Position numbers and translations under genes: made by a program. From positions 5,600,001 through 5,664,000 of the forward strand of contig OZ242311.1 of NCBI GenBank assembly GCA_965207885.1: a stretch of DNA of 64,000 nucleotides, given 5' to 3'. Each line of letters opens with the position of its first letter. The stretch's first letter is position 1. Of this stretch, positions 40,657-48,716 are shown piece by piece. Source of the stretch: Candidatus Latescibacterota bacterium (lineage in GTDB: Bacteria > Latescibacterota > UBA2968). The notes under the pieces were generated by a model. The model was given only the letters and a program-made list of their open reading frames with translations, was not told the DNA's origin and made no database searches.

Positions 40657-41346
40657 CATCGCCACCATCTCAAACATCTCCGAAAGCGACTCCCCGCGTT
40701 CCTCACGCAGCGCATCTGCATTGCCGGAAAGCGCGATCTCGCCCTCTTTCATAAACATCACATCTTCGATAAACTCGCCCACCTCATGAACCAGATGCGT
40801 CGAAATCAAAATCGTCTGCTCCCCAAATCGAAACTCGCTAAACAACGCTTCCACAATGCGTTTGCGCGACGGGGGATCAATGCCGGACAGCGGCTCATCC
40901 ATCAAAACCAGATCACTCGGCCAGGAAAACGCACACACCACCTTGAGCCGTCCCTGTTGACCCCGCGAAAGCGCGCCCACCTTCTTATCGCCATCCAGCC
41001 CCATAAAACTCAGCAACTCGCGCGACTTATCCATATCCCACATCGGATAAAAACGCGCCAGAAACTCCACCTGCTCCGTCACCTTCATCCAATCGTAAAA
41101 CGGATTGATCTCAGCCAAATAAGCCACATGCTGTCGGGTCTTCACACTCACCTCTTGCCCCATCACCTCGGCGGATCCCCGAGACGGACGGGTCAAACCA
41201 GCCAGAATGCGAAACAACGTACTCTTTCCACTCCCATTTTCGCCCAACACACCTTGCACGCGCCCGCGCTCAACCTGAAAAGAAACACCGCGCAGTGCCC
41301 ACGCGCCCGGATATCGCTTCCACACATCTCGAACATCGATCATCAT
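40654..41346 (-). CDS. ABC transporter ATP-binding protein (YtrB-like)
   Basis: Walker A GENGSGKST, signature LSRGQ, Walker B 'LMDEP', 'ISTH'. Confidence 0.92.
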   Translation of the reverse strand: MMIDVRDVWKRYPGAWALRGVSFQVERGRVQGVLGENGSGKSTLFRILAGLTRPSRGSAEVMGQEVSVKTRQHVAYLAEINPFYDWMKVTEQVEFLARFYPMWDMDKSRELLSFMGLDGDKKVGALSRGQQGRLKVVCAFSWPSDLVLMDEPLSGIDPPSRKRIVEALFSEFRFGEQTILISTHLVHEVGEFIEDVMFMKEGEIALSGNADALREERGESLSEMFEMVAM

Positions 41347-41714
41347 GTCAAATCCTCCTCTATATCGCGCAACAAATCGGCAATTTGCTCGCTGGAAAGA
41401 TCCAATTCTCCAACCTCTGCAACAAACCGCGCAACAGCGCTCTGTGCCAACGCCCGCTTCTCAGCCTCAATCTTCTTCCCATCCTCTGTCACAAACGAAC
41501 CCTGCCCACGCCGCGTAAAAACAAACCCCTCTCGCTCAAGCTCTGCATAAGCCCGCGCCATCGTATTGGGATTCACGCCCATTTCTTTCGCCATATCCCG
41601 CACCGAAGGCAACTTTGACCCCGGCGAATAAACCCCGCGCACCGAACGCTTTTTGATCTCGCCGATAATTTGCAGATAAATAGGTGCATTTGGATCAAAC
41701 TCATAAGGTGGCAT
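41343..41714 (-). CDS. GntR family regulator, YtrA subfamily
   Basis: 'PIYLQI', 'LPSVRDMA...VNPNT..RAY.ELE.EG', 'RGQGSFV'; short 123-aa protein next to an ABC ATPase. Confidence 0.92.
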   Translation of the reverse strand: MPPYEFDPNAPIYLQIIGEIKKRSVRGVYSPGSKLPSVRDMAKEMGVNPNTMARAYAELEREGFVFTRRGQGSFVTEDGKKIEAEKRALAQSAVARFVAEVGELDLSSEQIADLLRDIEEDLT

Positions 41715-41755
41715 ACAAATGCCTCCTGATTCTTTGTACGGTCATAGATCGGACC

Positions 41756-42511
41756 TCATATTTCCGCGCGTTTTTCATACACAACAAGCCCAATAATCAT
41801 AAAGATGACACCCATCAGAATGGTATAGACAAAAGGTGCTAACGCTATTTGCCCAGAAGGCGTGGGAGTAATTGAAATTTGCCCTAAAAAGTCTAATACA
41901 GTCGTCATTTGGTTGAAAAATCGAAAAAATAAAAACACAGCAATTGCAAAAAAAACAATCGCTGTCAATCCCCGATACCGCTTAACCGCAAATTTCACCC
42001 CCTCCATCCCGGTCACAACGCCGAGAATGAAAACCATATATGTCACGAGCGCCAAACCAGTTATAAAAACAAAATTCAAAAATCCTGTAACTTCTGTGTT
42101 ATCAAATGCTATAATCTGTACGTCTGGCAAGTCGGCCAACACCCAAAAATACATACCACCAATAACAATTCCACCACCTACAATGCCCTTACTCGCAACC
42201 GCAGCGATTTTTGCCAGAATCATTGTGTATTGTGATACCGGCAGTGCAAACATCTGATAATGCGTTTCTGATTTCCACTCTGCATTGAAAGCATGTGCCA
42301 GCAAAAAGGGCAGACTGAGAACAAGGGTAAAAGGAGGAAGAAGAAGAAAGAAGGACAGCTTGAGAAATTCGCCGGATGCAATTTGTTGCGAAATATCTTC
42401 TATTTCGATAAATCCATAGATATTTATCCCCACAAGCAAAAGGAGCAAAAATAAAAAAAGGGTTTTATTCGCTTTGATCTCCTTCACATACAGCGCAAAA
42501 AATGTTTTCAT
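41756..42511 (-). CDS. ABC-2-type permease, paralog 1
   Basis: Same motifs as paralogs 2 and 3. Confidence 0.75.
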   Translation of the reverse strand: MKTFFALYVKEIKANKTLFLFLLLLLVGINIYGFIEIEDISQQIASGEFLKLSFFLLLPPFTLVLSLPFLLAHAFNAEWKSETHYQMFALPVSQYTMILAKIAAVASKGIVGGGIVIGGMYFWVLADLPDVQIIAFDNTEVTGFLNFVFITGLALVTYMVFILGVVTGMEGVKFAVKRYRGLTAIVFFAIAVFLFFRFFNQMTTVLDFLGQISITPTPSGQIALAPFVYTILMGVIFMIIGLVVYEKRAEI

Positions 42512-42538
42512 TTCATACTCCTTTGAAATCGCGATAGA

Positions 42539-42642
42539 CTGGATCGCGGCTCAAGTTTGCCTCTGCATGCTTTAAGCAGGGGATAATACCGCGAGGACAA
42601 CCAAAACCTTCTGGATCGCGGCTAAAATCCTGCCGCGATGAC
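42539..42642. repeat. Two tandem CTGGAT-hairpin-A(T/G)GAC repeats, the first with a nested hairpin
   Basis: 42539-42598 and 42611-42642; the second is nearly identical to 863-894. Confidence 0.85.
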
Positions 42643-42665
42643 ACTCTCTTCTCACGTTTTACGTT

Positions 42666-44060
42666 TTACCCCTGACCTTTTTTCAACAATTCAAGAGCTG
42701 CGTTGATCAAAGGATCATCCTCTGGCTTATCGGGAAATTCAACGTGAACATCAGGTGATATACCCTTCCCTTCTAACGGCTCGCCATCGGGCGTCAAAGC
42801 CACCCACGATGGAAGAAATACAGTCACCTTATTCGCCAGGCGCACAGGCTTTGGATTGCCCGAACTGCCATAGGACTTCTCGCCCATCAGCGTGCATTGC
42901 GGCACCTGCTTCATCATCAACAAAAACGCCTCGCAACTGCTCATATTGACCGGCCCCATCAAAACGACCGTACGCCCTCGAAAACCGGGCCGAATCGGCT
43001 TCAGCGTCCGCGTCTTAATCTTGGAAAAACCAGAAGGACTGGAAGTGTCGCGATTGAGATGACCGGCATATACCACAGAACGCTCGACAAATCGACCAGC
43101 TATCTTTTTTGCCAACCGCTCGTCGCCTCCGCCGTTGAATCGAATATCCAGAATCAGTGTATCATCGGGCGACAGTCCGTCGACCCATTTCTCGGCGGCC
43201 TCAATATTCCGCTCGATATTCCGGGCAGTTTGTTGTGACCAACTTCCAATCATCAGATACGCAGGTCCATCCGGAAACCTCCCGGTAGCCACCACGCGAT
43301 TGACGGATCGAAGCTGAGGTACTATTCGTTTCAGCAACTCTCGATCCGCGTTGGGGCGAACATTGCGTCGAAAACCAGCTAATCGATCACCATCCGCATC
43401 GAGCCAAATATGCGCGTCGCGGGCGACCTCAAGAAGTTGTCCGGCAAGAATGGCAAACTGGCCGGGCGTCTTCGCATCAATCAACCGCGATTCGAACTCG
43501 GCAAACCTGGCGTCCCAATCTATGCCCCGCAGATCGCGATAGGAATACTTCTCCTCAATGGCTGACCTCAACTGCTTCAACGATTTCCGATTCTTTTCTG
43601 GATCCAAGGGTTTCACATCACCCAATGGCGCAGTCCTGAAAGAGATGGGATACGGAACCGCGGGAAGCCCATTGGTTCCTCGAAAATTCTGATGGCGTTT
43701 CGAGTTAATACCCAGGCTGTATTCGCGGCTCGGCTTGAGTTTCACAGGCAGAACAATGGTCGTATCAGAAATCCACCGGGGCTTTCCGACAACCTCTGGG
43801 AGCATAGATTTGTTCCCTATAATCGTAAACGAATAGCCTCTTTTGGTATCCATAGGCTGGTCAAAAGTAACGTGCAATTCCGTCGTAGCGGCATCTACCG
43901 ACTGCGCGCCGTTCTCCGGCACAGTCCGCACCACACGAGGCGGTTCCTCGGCACCTGCGGTCATGCATCCGATGAACAAACAGAAGCCCAACAGTGTGCG
44001 ACGCGCTGTTGCGAACATCCCGAGACCAGAGCGATAGGACTTAAAATATCGAGTAGTCAT
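42666..44060 (-). CDS. Secreted S41 peptidase with N-terminal Ig-like (Big_5-like) domain
   Basis: 'PPRVV.T.P.NGA..V......VTFDQPM'; S41 motifs 'DAH', 'DIRFNGGG', 'SSCE', 'G..S.GSSG', 'GI.PDV'; ATG 44060 follows GGAGGG. Confidence 0.85.
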   Translation of the reverse strand: MTTRYFKSYRSGLGMFATARRTLLGFCLFIGCMTAGAEEPPRVVRTVPENGAQSVDAATTELHVTFDQPMDTKRGYSFTIIGNKSMLPEVVGKPRWISDTTIVLPVKLKPSREYSLGINSKRHQNFRGTNGLPAVPYPISFRTAPLGDVKPLDPEKNRKSLKQLRSAIEEKYSYRDLRGIDWDARFAEFESRLIDAKTPGQFAILAGQLLEVARDAHIWLDADGDRLAGFRRNVRPNADRELLKRIVPQLRSVNRVVATGRFPDGPAYLMIGSWSQQTARNIERNIEAAEKWVDGLSPDDTLILDIRFNGGGDERLAKKIAGRFVERSVVYAGHLNRDTSSPSGFSKIKTRTLKPIRPGFRGRTVVLMGPVNMSSCEAFLLMMKQVPQCTLMGEKSYGSSGNPKPVRLANKVTVFLPSWVALTPDGEPLEGKGISPDVHVEFPDKPEDDPLINAALELLKKGQG

Positions 44061-44097
44061 TTGACCCTCCAATCGAGTGAAAAACCAGTGGCGTCTT

Positions 44098-44140
44098 AGT
44101 GTTCTGCCTAAATAATACACTGATACGCCTCAACTGTCAA
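44098..44140 (-). promoter_or_regulatory. Sigma70 promoter with overlapping YtrA-type inverted-repeat operator
   Basis: Minus strand TTGACA-N17-TATTAT; imperfect palindrome AGTGTT-N12-TACACT (44098-44121) resembles the B. subtilis YtrA box AGTGTA-N13-TACACT. Confidence 0.75.
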
Positions 44141-44150
44141 GCGAAAAAAT

Positions 44151-44186
44151 AAAAAACTCCTCAAAACCCGAAGGCTTTGAGGAGTT
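44151..44186 (-). terminator. Intrinsic terminator of the substrate-binding-protein gene
   Basis: AACTCCTCAAA/TTTGAGGAGTT stem, T-run on the minus strand. Confidence 0.75.
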
Positions 44187-44208
44187 AAATGAGGAGTATG
44201 CTTAATAA

Positions 44209-45585
44209 TCATCGCCCCTTCCACATCCTGGCCCGGTTCATGAAAATCAGAGGATCCTGTCGCCACTCTCCATAGCCGATGCGTTGGTCATCTGTCAGAT
44301 AATTGATCTTATCATCGATGCAAGCAGCGAGATCCGAATCCTCCACATCAAGCGTAAAACCACCATACTCAACCGCAGCATCAAGAGCAGTCACCACAAA
44401 CGCACCACCCGAAGCGTGAACCGCATCGCGGTTGCCGACCTCCCCTCGGGCAAGCGCATCTACCCTACCAGACGCAAGCGCACCGAGTAATTCATCTTCC
44501 CCCAGATAAACCACCTGCGGCATCGTATCTACAGCCGGGAAAATGCGCTGCCTGCCCTCGAGATTCGGCGACGCGCCAGCAGCAGTAATAAAATAATCTG
44601 CACTCCCATCGGCGACCACCGTATCCGTCTGCGTTTCAACGCGCACACCCTCAGCCAAAACACCATCGGCATTGACGAGACCTGTCAGCACCAGCAAACG
44701 CGCCTCACCCGTCGTACTCGCCAGCACCCCCACGCGCACATCGCTCGTCAAATCGTCGTGACTCGCCCAGCGCGCCCCATCTTCGGCACGCACCAAAAGC
44801 GACTGCCGAAACACAATATGCCCCGAAGTAAAAGTCACCACCTGATTACCCATCTCATCGCGGGTTCGAGAATCCAGAATCGTAATACCACCGCCGACAA
44901 CATCGTATTCCGGACCAGCCGACAGCAGCCAGATATTGGGCCACTCCGAGATACCTCGACGGGAAAACGACAACCCCGCACCATCCATAGCCTCAAGAGC
45001 CGTCAACAAATCCGCCTCATAACCCACATGTGTATTAAACCCGGCAGAATTCGGATCGGGATCTGCACTGGAACTAACCGGCGAAAAAAAAGCGAAAAAA
45101 CCAAAATTGAGCACGCGATCCGCACAAGCCGACGACGGAGACATCCTCGTCACCTGCGCCCTCCCCCCAACGGGCAAATTGACCACCACCTCATCGCCGG
45201 CATTAATCGGAATACTCGACCATAAACCGATCACGCGCCCATCCTGCGATACACGCGCCTGATAATAACCCGTCGCATCGCCCGCAATCTCCAACCGCAC
45301 CCGACCATCTTCATCCGTCATCCCCGACCACGCATACTCTGCCACCTGCCCCGCAACAGAACGCGCAAACTCTACCATTGCACCACTTATGGGCGCAGCA
45401 TCCTCTCGCACAGAAGCCACCACCACAGCCCCTGACGCATTGTTTTGCACCGCCAACTTACTCAGCGGCTGTCTAACCTGCTCATCGACTTCCATCATCA
45501 CGCGCTCGCCACCACAGTGCCACATCAATCCAGCGACAAGGACCAGTACAACCACACTACCAAACCCTTTCATCATAACAATCAT
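44209..45585 (-). CDS. Putative lipoprotein: N-terminal beta-sandwich plus family-3-like substrate-binding domain
   Basis: Hydrophobic signal ending in Cys; 'GYEADLL', 'GGITIL..R', 'VGV...TTGE', 'GRVDA'. Confidence 0.6.
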   Translation of the reverse strand: MIVMMKGFGSVVVLVLVAGLMWHCGGERVMMEVDEQVRQPLSKLAVQNNASGAVVVASVREDAAPISGAMVEFARSVAGQVAEYAWSGMTDEDGRVRLEIAGDATGYYQARVSQDGRVIGLWSSIPINAGDEVVVNLPVGGRAQVTRMSPSSACADRVLNFGFFAFFSPVSSSADPDPNSAGFNTHVGYEADLLTALEAMDGAGLSFSRRGISEWPNIWLLSAGPEYDVVGGGITILDSRTRDEMGNQVVTFTSGHIVFRQSLLVRAEDGARWASHDDLTSDVRVGVLASTTGEARLLVLTGLVNADGVLAEGVRVETQTDTVVADGSADYFITAAGASPNLEGRQRIFPAVDTMPQVVYLGEDELLGALASGRVDALARGEVGNRDAVHASGGAFVVTALDAAVEYGGFTLDVEDSDLAACIDDKINYLTDDQRIGYGEWRQDPLIFMNRARMWKGR

Positions 45586-45637
45586 CCTTATACTAATTGG
45601 TCAGTCAAAAAAAATTAGCTAACATTTTTCTAATAGA

Positions 45638-45738
45638 CTGGATTGCGGCTAAAATCATGCCGCAATGACAACCGTCGTTCGTCACGCCCCTGCTTAAGGC
45701 ATACAGGAGCAGGCTCTGCATGTTTTAAGCAGGCGTCC
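45638..45738. repeat. CTGGAT-hairpin-ATGAC repeat plus adjacent CCTGC/GCAGG hairpin units
   Basis: ctggattgcggctaaaatcatgccgcaatgac; ctctgcatgttttaagcagg. Confidence 0.75.
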
Positions 45739-45749
45739 ACCAGATACAC

Positions 45750-45947
45750 TCACTCATCTCTCTTGTGCTTCATCCTTTGATAGCGCGTCACCTGATTTTT
45801 ATTTTTTACAAAAGCAACCACAACGATCACCACAAACACACCAATAGCCAACAGACTTCCCACCTCTTTTTTTGGATGATCCATCCACCACGCCAGAGCA
45901 ATCACTGCCCCAACGGATATGCCAGCCATCACGATCTCGCGTATCAT
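45750..45947 (-). CDS. Small two-TM hypothetical protein
   Basis: Two hydrophobic segments, basic C-terminus, AAGGGG RBS-like site. Confidence 0.45.
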   Translation of the reverse strand: MIREIVMAGISVGAVIALAWWMDHPKKEVGSLLAIGVFVVIVVVAFVKNKNQVTRYQRMKHKRDE

Positions 45948-46095
45948 TTGCTCGCCCCTTCAAAAATGTAATACCTTCAAACCTCTTCGCATCCACCAAA
46001 AAATACACCATCGACAAATTTCAGTCCACACAAAAAGATCAACATAGGCACAGGAACAAGTAACACTATCATTTATATAATTTTATGTGTATCTT

Positions 46096-47293
46096 CATAG
46101 TACACGACAAAAAATAAAAGACCTGTGAAAAAAGCTAAAAAGAGTTAGGTTTGAATGTCCCAAGACAAACCTTTCTCATCTTAACAAGGCACAGGTCTAT
46201 GTCTCCTGAAACTATTGAACTTCAAACGATTATGCAAGGATATTTTCACTGGCATAAAGCCCGAATAACGTTTACCGCTGCGTTCATATTGTCGCTGATA
46301 AAATTGCGTAGCGTCAATTTTATGAAACTGGCAAACGCACTCAATGGAACCGTCAAGCAGAAATCTAATTATCGTCGTATCCAACGCTTCTTTGCCCACT
46401 TTGCCTTACCCTATGCGTGTGTGAGACAATTGATCTTGCACTTATTACCTATAAAGTCGGATTTTATAGTCTCAATAGATCGCACCAATTGGAAGTTGGG
46501 AAAATTCAATATCAACATCCTAACCGCAGGCATTATCTATGAAGGGGTCGCCTTTCCTATCTGTTGGCACTTGTTAAAAAAACGGGGCAATTCCAATAGT
46601 GATGAGCGTATCCATTTGATGCAAGAAATGCTCAACTGCATCTGCAAATCGCATATCCGCGTTGTCGTCGCAGACAGAGAATTTATTGGAAGAGAATGGT
46701 TTAGGTGGTTAGACACACAAAATATACCCTTTGTTATTCGCATCAAGGAAAACGCTCTTGTCTCATCAGGCGGTAGAGAGATCCCCATAAGAAAACGGTT
46801 TGAAAATCTTAATATCCATCAGCAGGTCAACTTGTGCAAACGCCACCGCGTTTATGACCTGCCTGTATATCTGTCTGCACTAAGATTGAAGGACCAATAC
46901 CTCATTCTTGCCAGCAACCAAAAAGGTCAAGCCGCATTGGATACCTATAAAAAACGATGGGGCATTGAAGTCCTTTTTGCCAATCTTAAAAGTCGAGGAT
47001 TTAATCTGGAAGAGACCCATCTTATACATCAAGACCGCATTGAGAAACTCATCGCGCTTTTGGCCATTGCCTGCATCTGGGCGCATATCATCGGCGAATG
47101 GATAGCAAAAACAAATCCTTTGACGATCAAAAATCACGGGCGGATGGAGAAAAGTCTCTTCCGATATGGGTTGGACTATTTGCAGTATGTCCTGCTCAAT
47201 ATAAACCAACAAACCCAACAGTTCCTCATATGCATTCGTTTACTGAGTAATCCGCCACTGTTTAAAACAATTTAAGTTTTGTCGTGTACCATG
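46096..47293 (+). mobile_element. IS4-family insertion sequence (1198 bp)
   Basis: TIRs CATAGTACACGACAAAA (46096-46112) and TTTTGTCGTGTACCATG (47277-47293), 16/17 match; 9-bp TSD GTGTATCTT at 46087-46095 and 47294-47302. Confidence 0.93.
46199..47275 (+). CDS. IS4-family DDE transposase
   Basis: 'YRRIQRF', 'IDRTNW', 'ADREF', YREK motif 'YKKRWGIEVLFANLKS.GF.LE'. Confidence 0.92.
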   Translation: MSPETIELQTIMQGYFHWHKARITFTAAFILSLIKLRSVNFMKLANALNGTVKQKSNYRRIQRFFAHFALPYACVRQLILHLLPIKSDFIVSIDRTNWKLGKFNINILTAGIIYEGVAFPICWHLLKKRGNSNSDERIHLMQEMLNCICKSHIRVVVADREFIGREWFRWLDTQNIPFVIRIKENALVSSGGREIPIRKRFENLNIHQQVNLCKRHRVYDLPVYLSALRLKDQYLILASNQKGQAALDTYKKRWGIEVLFANLKSRGFNLEETHLIHQDRIEKLIALLAIACIWAHIIGEWIAKTNPLTIKNHGRMEKSLFRYGLDYLQYVLLNINQQTQQFLICIRLLSNPPLFKTI

Positions 47294-47309
47294 GTGTATC
47301 TTAAAAACC

Positions 47310-47343
47310 CTTCTAACTTCACACTTCTAACTTCTAACTTCAC
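47310..47343. repeat. Short CTTCTAA-type heptamer tandem repeat before the hen1 start
   Basis: cttctaa cttcaca cttctaa cttctaa cttcac. Confidence 0.7.
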
Positions 47344-48705
47344 ATGCTCTTAACCATCACAACCACATACAACCCCGCAACCGACCTGGGCTATCTGCTG
47401 CACAAACACCCTAGACGAGCGCAAACGTTTGACTTGTCTTTTGGTCGCGCACATGTATTTTATCCCGAAGCCACAGATAAAAAATGCACGGCTGCCCTAT
47501 TGCTCGACCTCGACACCATTGGCCTCAAACGCCGTCGCCAAAACACCTTTGCACTTCGCGATTACGTCACTGACCGGCCCTATGTCGCCTCCTCGTTCAC
47601 CAGCGTAGCCATCGCCCGCGTATTTGGCAGCGCGCTCAAAGGCCAGTGCGCCGACCGGCCCGACCTCGTTACCCGGCCCATCCCCTTGTGCGCGGAAATC
47701 CACGTTCTACCGTGTCGCGGTGGCGACCAACTGCTCAACGACCTGTTTCAGCCATTGGGATATAAAGTCACAGCCAAACCGCACCACCTCGATGAAAAAT
47801 TCTCAGAATGGGGGTACAGCCCGTATTATACCGTCGCACTCGAAGCGAACATCCCACTAAAAGACCTGCTCACCCATCTCTACGTCCTCATCCCCGTACT
47901 CGACGACGACAAACACTACTTCGTCAGCCAATCTGAAATCGACACCCTGATGCGCCGCGGCGAAGGCTGGCTATCAGACCATCCCAAACGCGACCTCATC
48001 ATAGACCGATATCTCAGACACCAGCGCATCCTCACCCAGGAAGCCTATCGCCTTATGGATGAACAACCCTTAGAGCGCAATATCAAAGACAACGAACTCG
48101 TCGTCGAAAACAACCTCAGGCTGAACCAGCAACGGCACAATGCCGTACTCAAAGAACTCGAAATCAGCGGCGCACAACGCGTACTCGATCTCGGCTGCGG
48201 TGAAGGTCACTTCACACAAGTCTTGTCAGAACGCGCCCAATTCACCAAAATCCTCGGCATGGAAGTTTCACACCATGCCTTGAGCCGCGCTCACAAACGC
48301 CTTGAGCAACCCATACAGCGCAACCGCATCGAACTCATTCACGGATCGCTATTCTACCGCGACACGCGCCTCGACGGCTATGACGCCGCAGTACTCTTAG
48401 AAGTCGTCGAACATCTCGACCCATCGCGACTACCTGTCTTCGAACGCGTCGTATTTGAATATGCCCATCCCAACACCGTCATCATCACCACCCCAAACGC
48501 CGACTTCAACACGCGCTGGGAATCTCTTCCTGCCGGGCAATTTCGCCATCCCGATCACCGCTTTGAGTGGTCGCGCAAACAATTTCAACACTGGACACAA
48601 AACGTCGAAAAAAAATTCAATTACCACACAACAATCAAACCCATCGGTCCCGTAGATCCCAAAGCAGGCCCGCCAACGCAAATGGCCGTATTTAATACAA
48701 AATAA
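47344..48705 (+). CDS. hen1: Bacterial Hen1 RNA 3'-terminal 2'-O-methyltransferase
   Basis: 'PATDLGYLLHKHP', 'YV.DRPYVASS', 'LIPVLDD.KHY'; MTase motifs 'DLGCGEG', 'EVVEH', 'TTPN', 'RH.DHRFEW'. Confidence 0.95.
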   Translation: MLLTITTTYNPATDLGYLLHKHPRRAQTFDLSFGRAHVFYPEATDKKCTAALLLDLDTIGLKRRRQNTFALRDYVTDRPYVASSFTSVAIARVFGSALKGQCADRPDLVTRPIPLCAEIHVLPCRGGDQLLNDLFQPLGYKVTAKPHHLDEKFSEWGYSPYYTVALEANIPLKDLLTHLYVLIPVLDDDKHYFVSQSEIDTLMRRGEGWLSDHPKRDLIIDRYLRHQRILTQEAYRLMDEQPLERNIKDNELVVENNLRLNQQRHNAVLKELEISGAQRVLDLGCGEGHFTQVLSERAQFTKILGMEVSHHALSRAHKRLEQPIQRNRIELIHGSLFYRDTRLDGYDAAVLLEVVEHLDPSRLPVFERVVFEYAHPNTVIITTPNADFNTRWESLPAGQFRHPDHRFEWSRKQFQHWTQNVEKKFNYHTTIKPIGPVDPKAGPPTQMAVFNTK

Positions 48706-48716
48706 ACAAATAAACC

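Noticed and set aside
40440-42660. CRISPR array or integron attC sites
   Set aside because: The repeats are dispersed and variable in length, with no regular spacers, no cas or intI gene, and no clear RYYYAAC/GTTRRRY cores.
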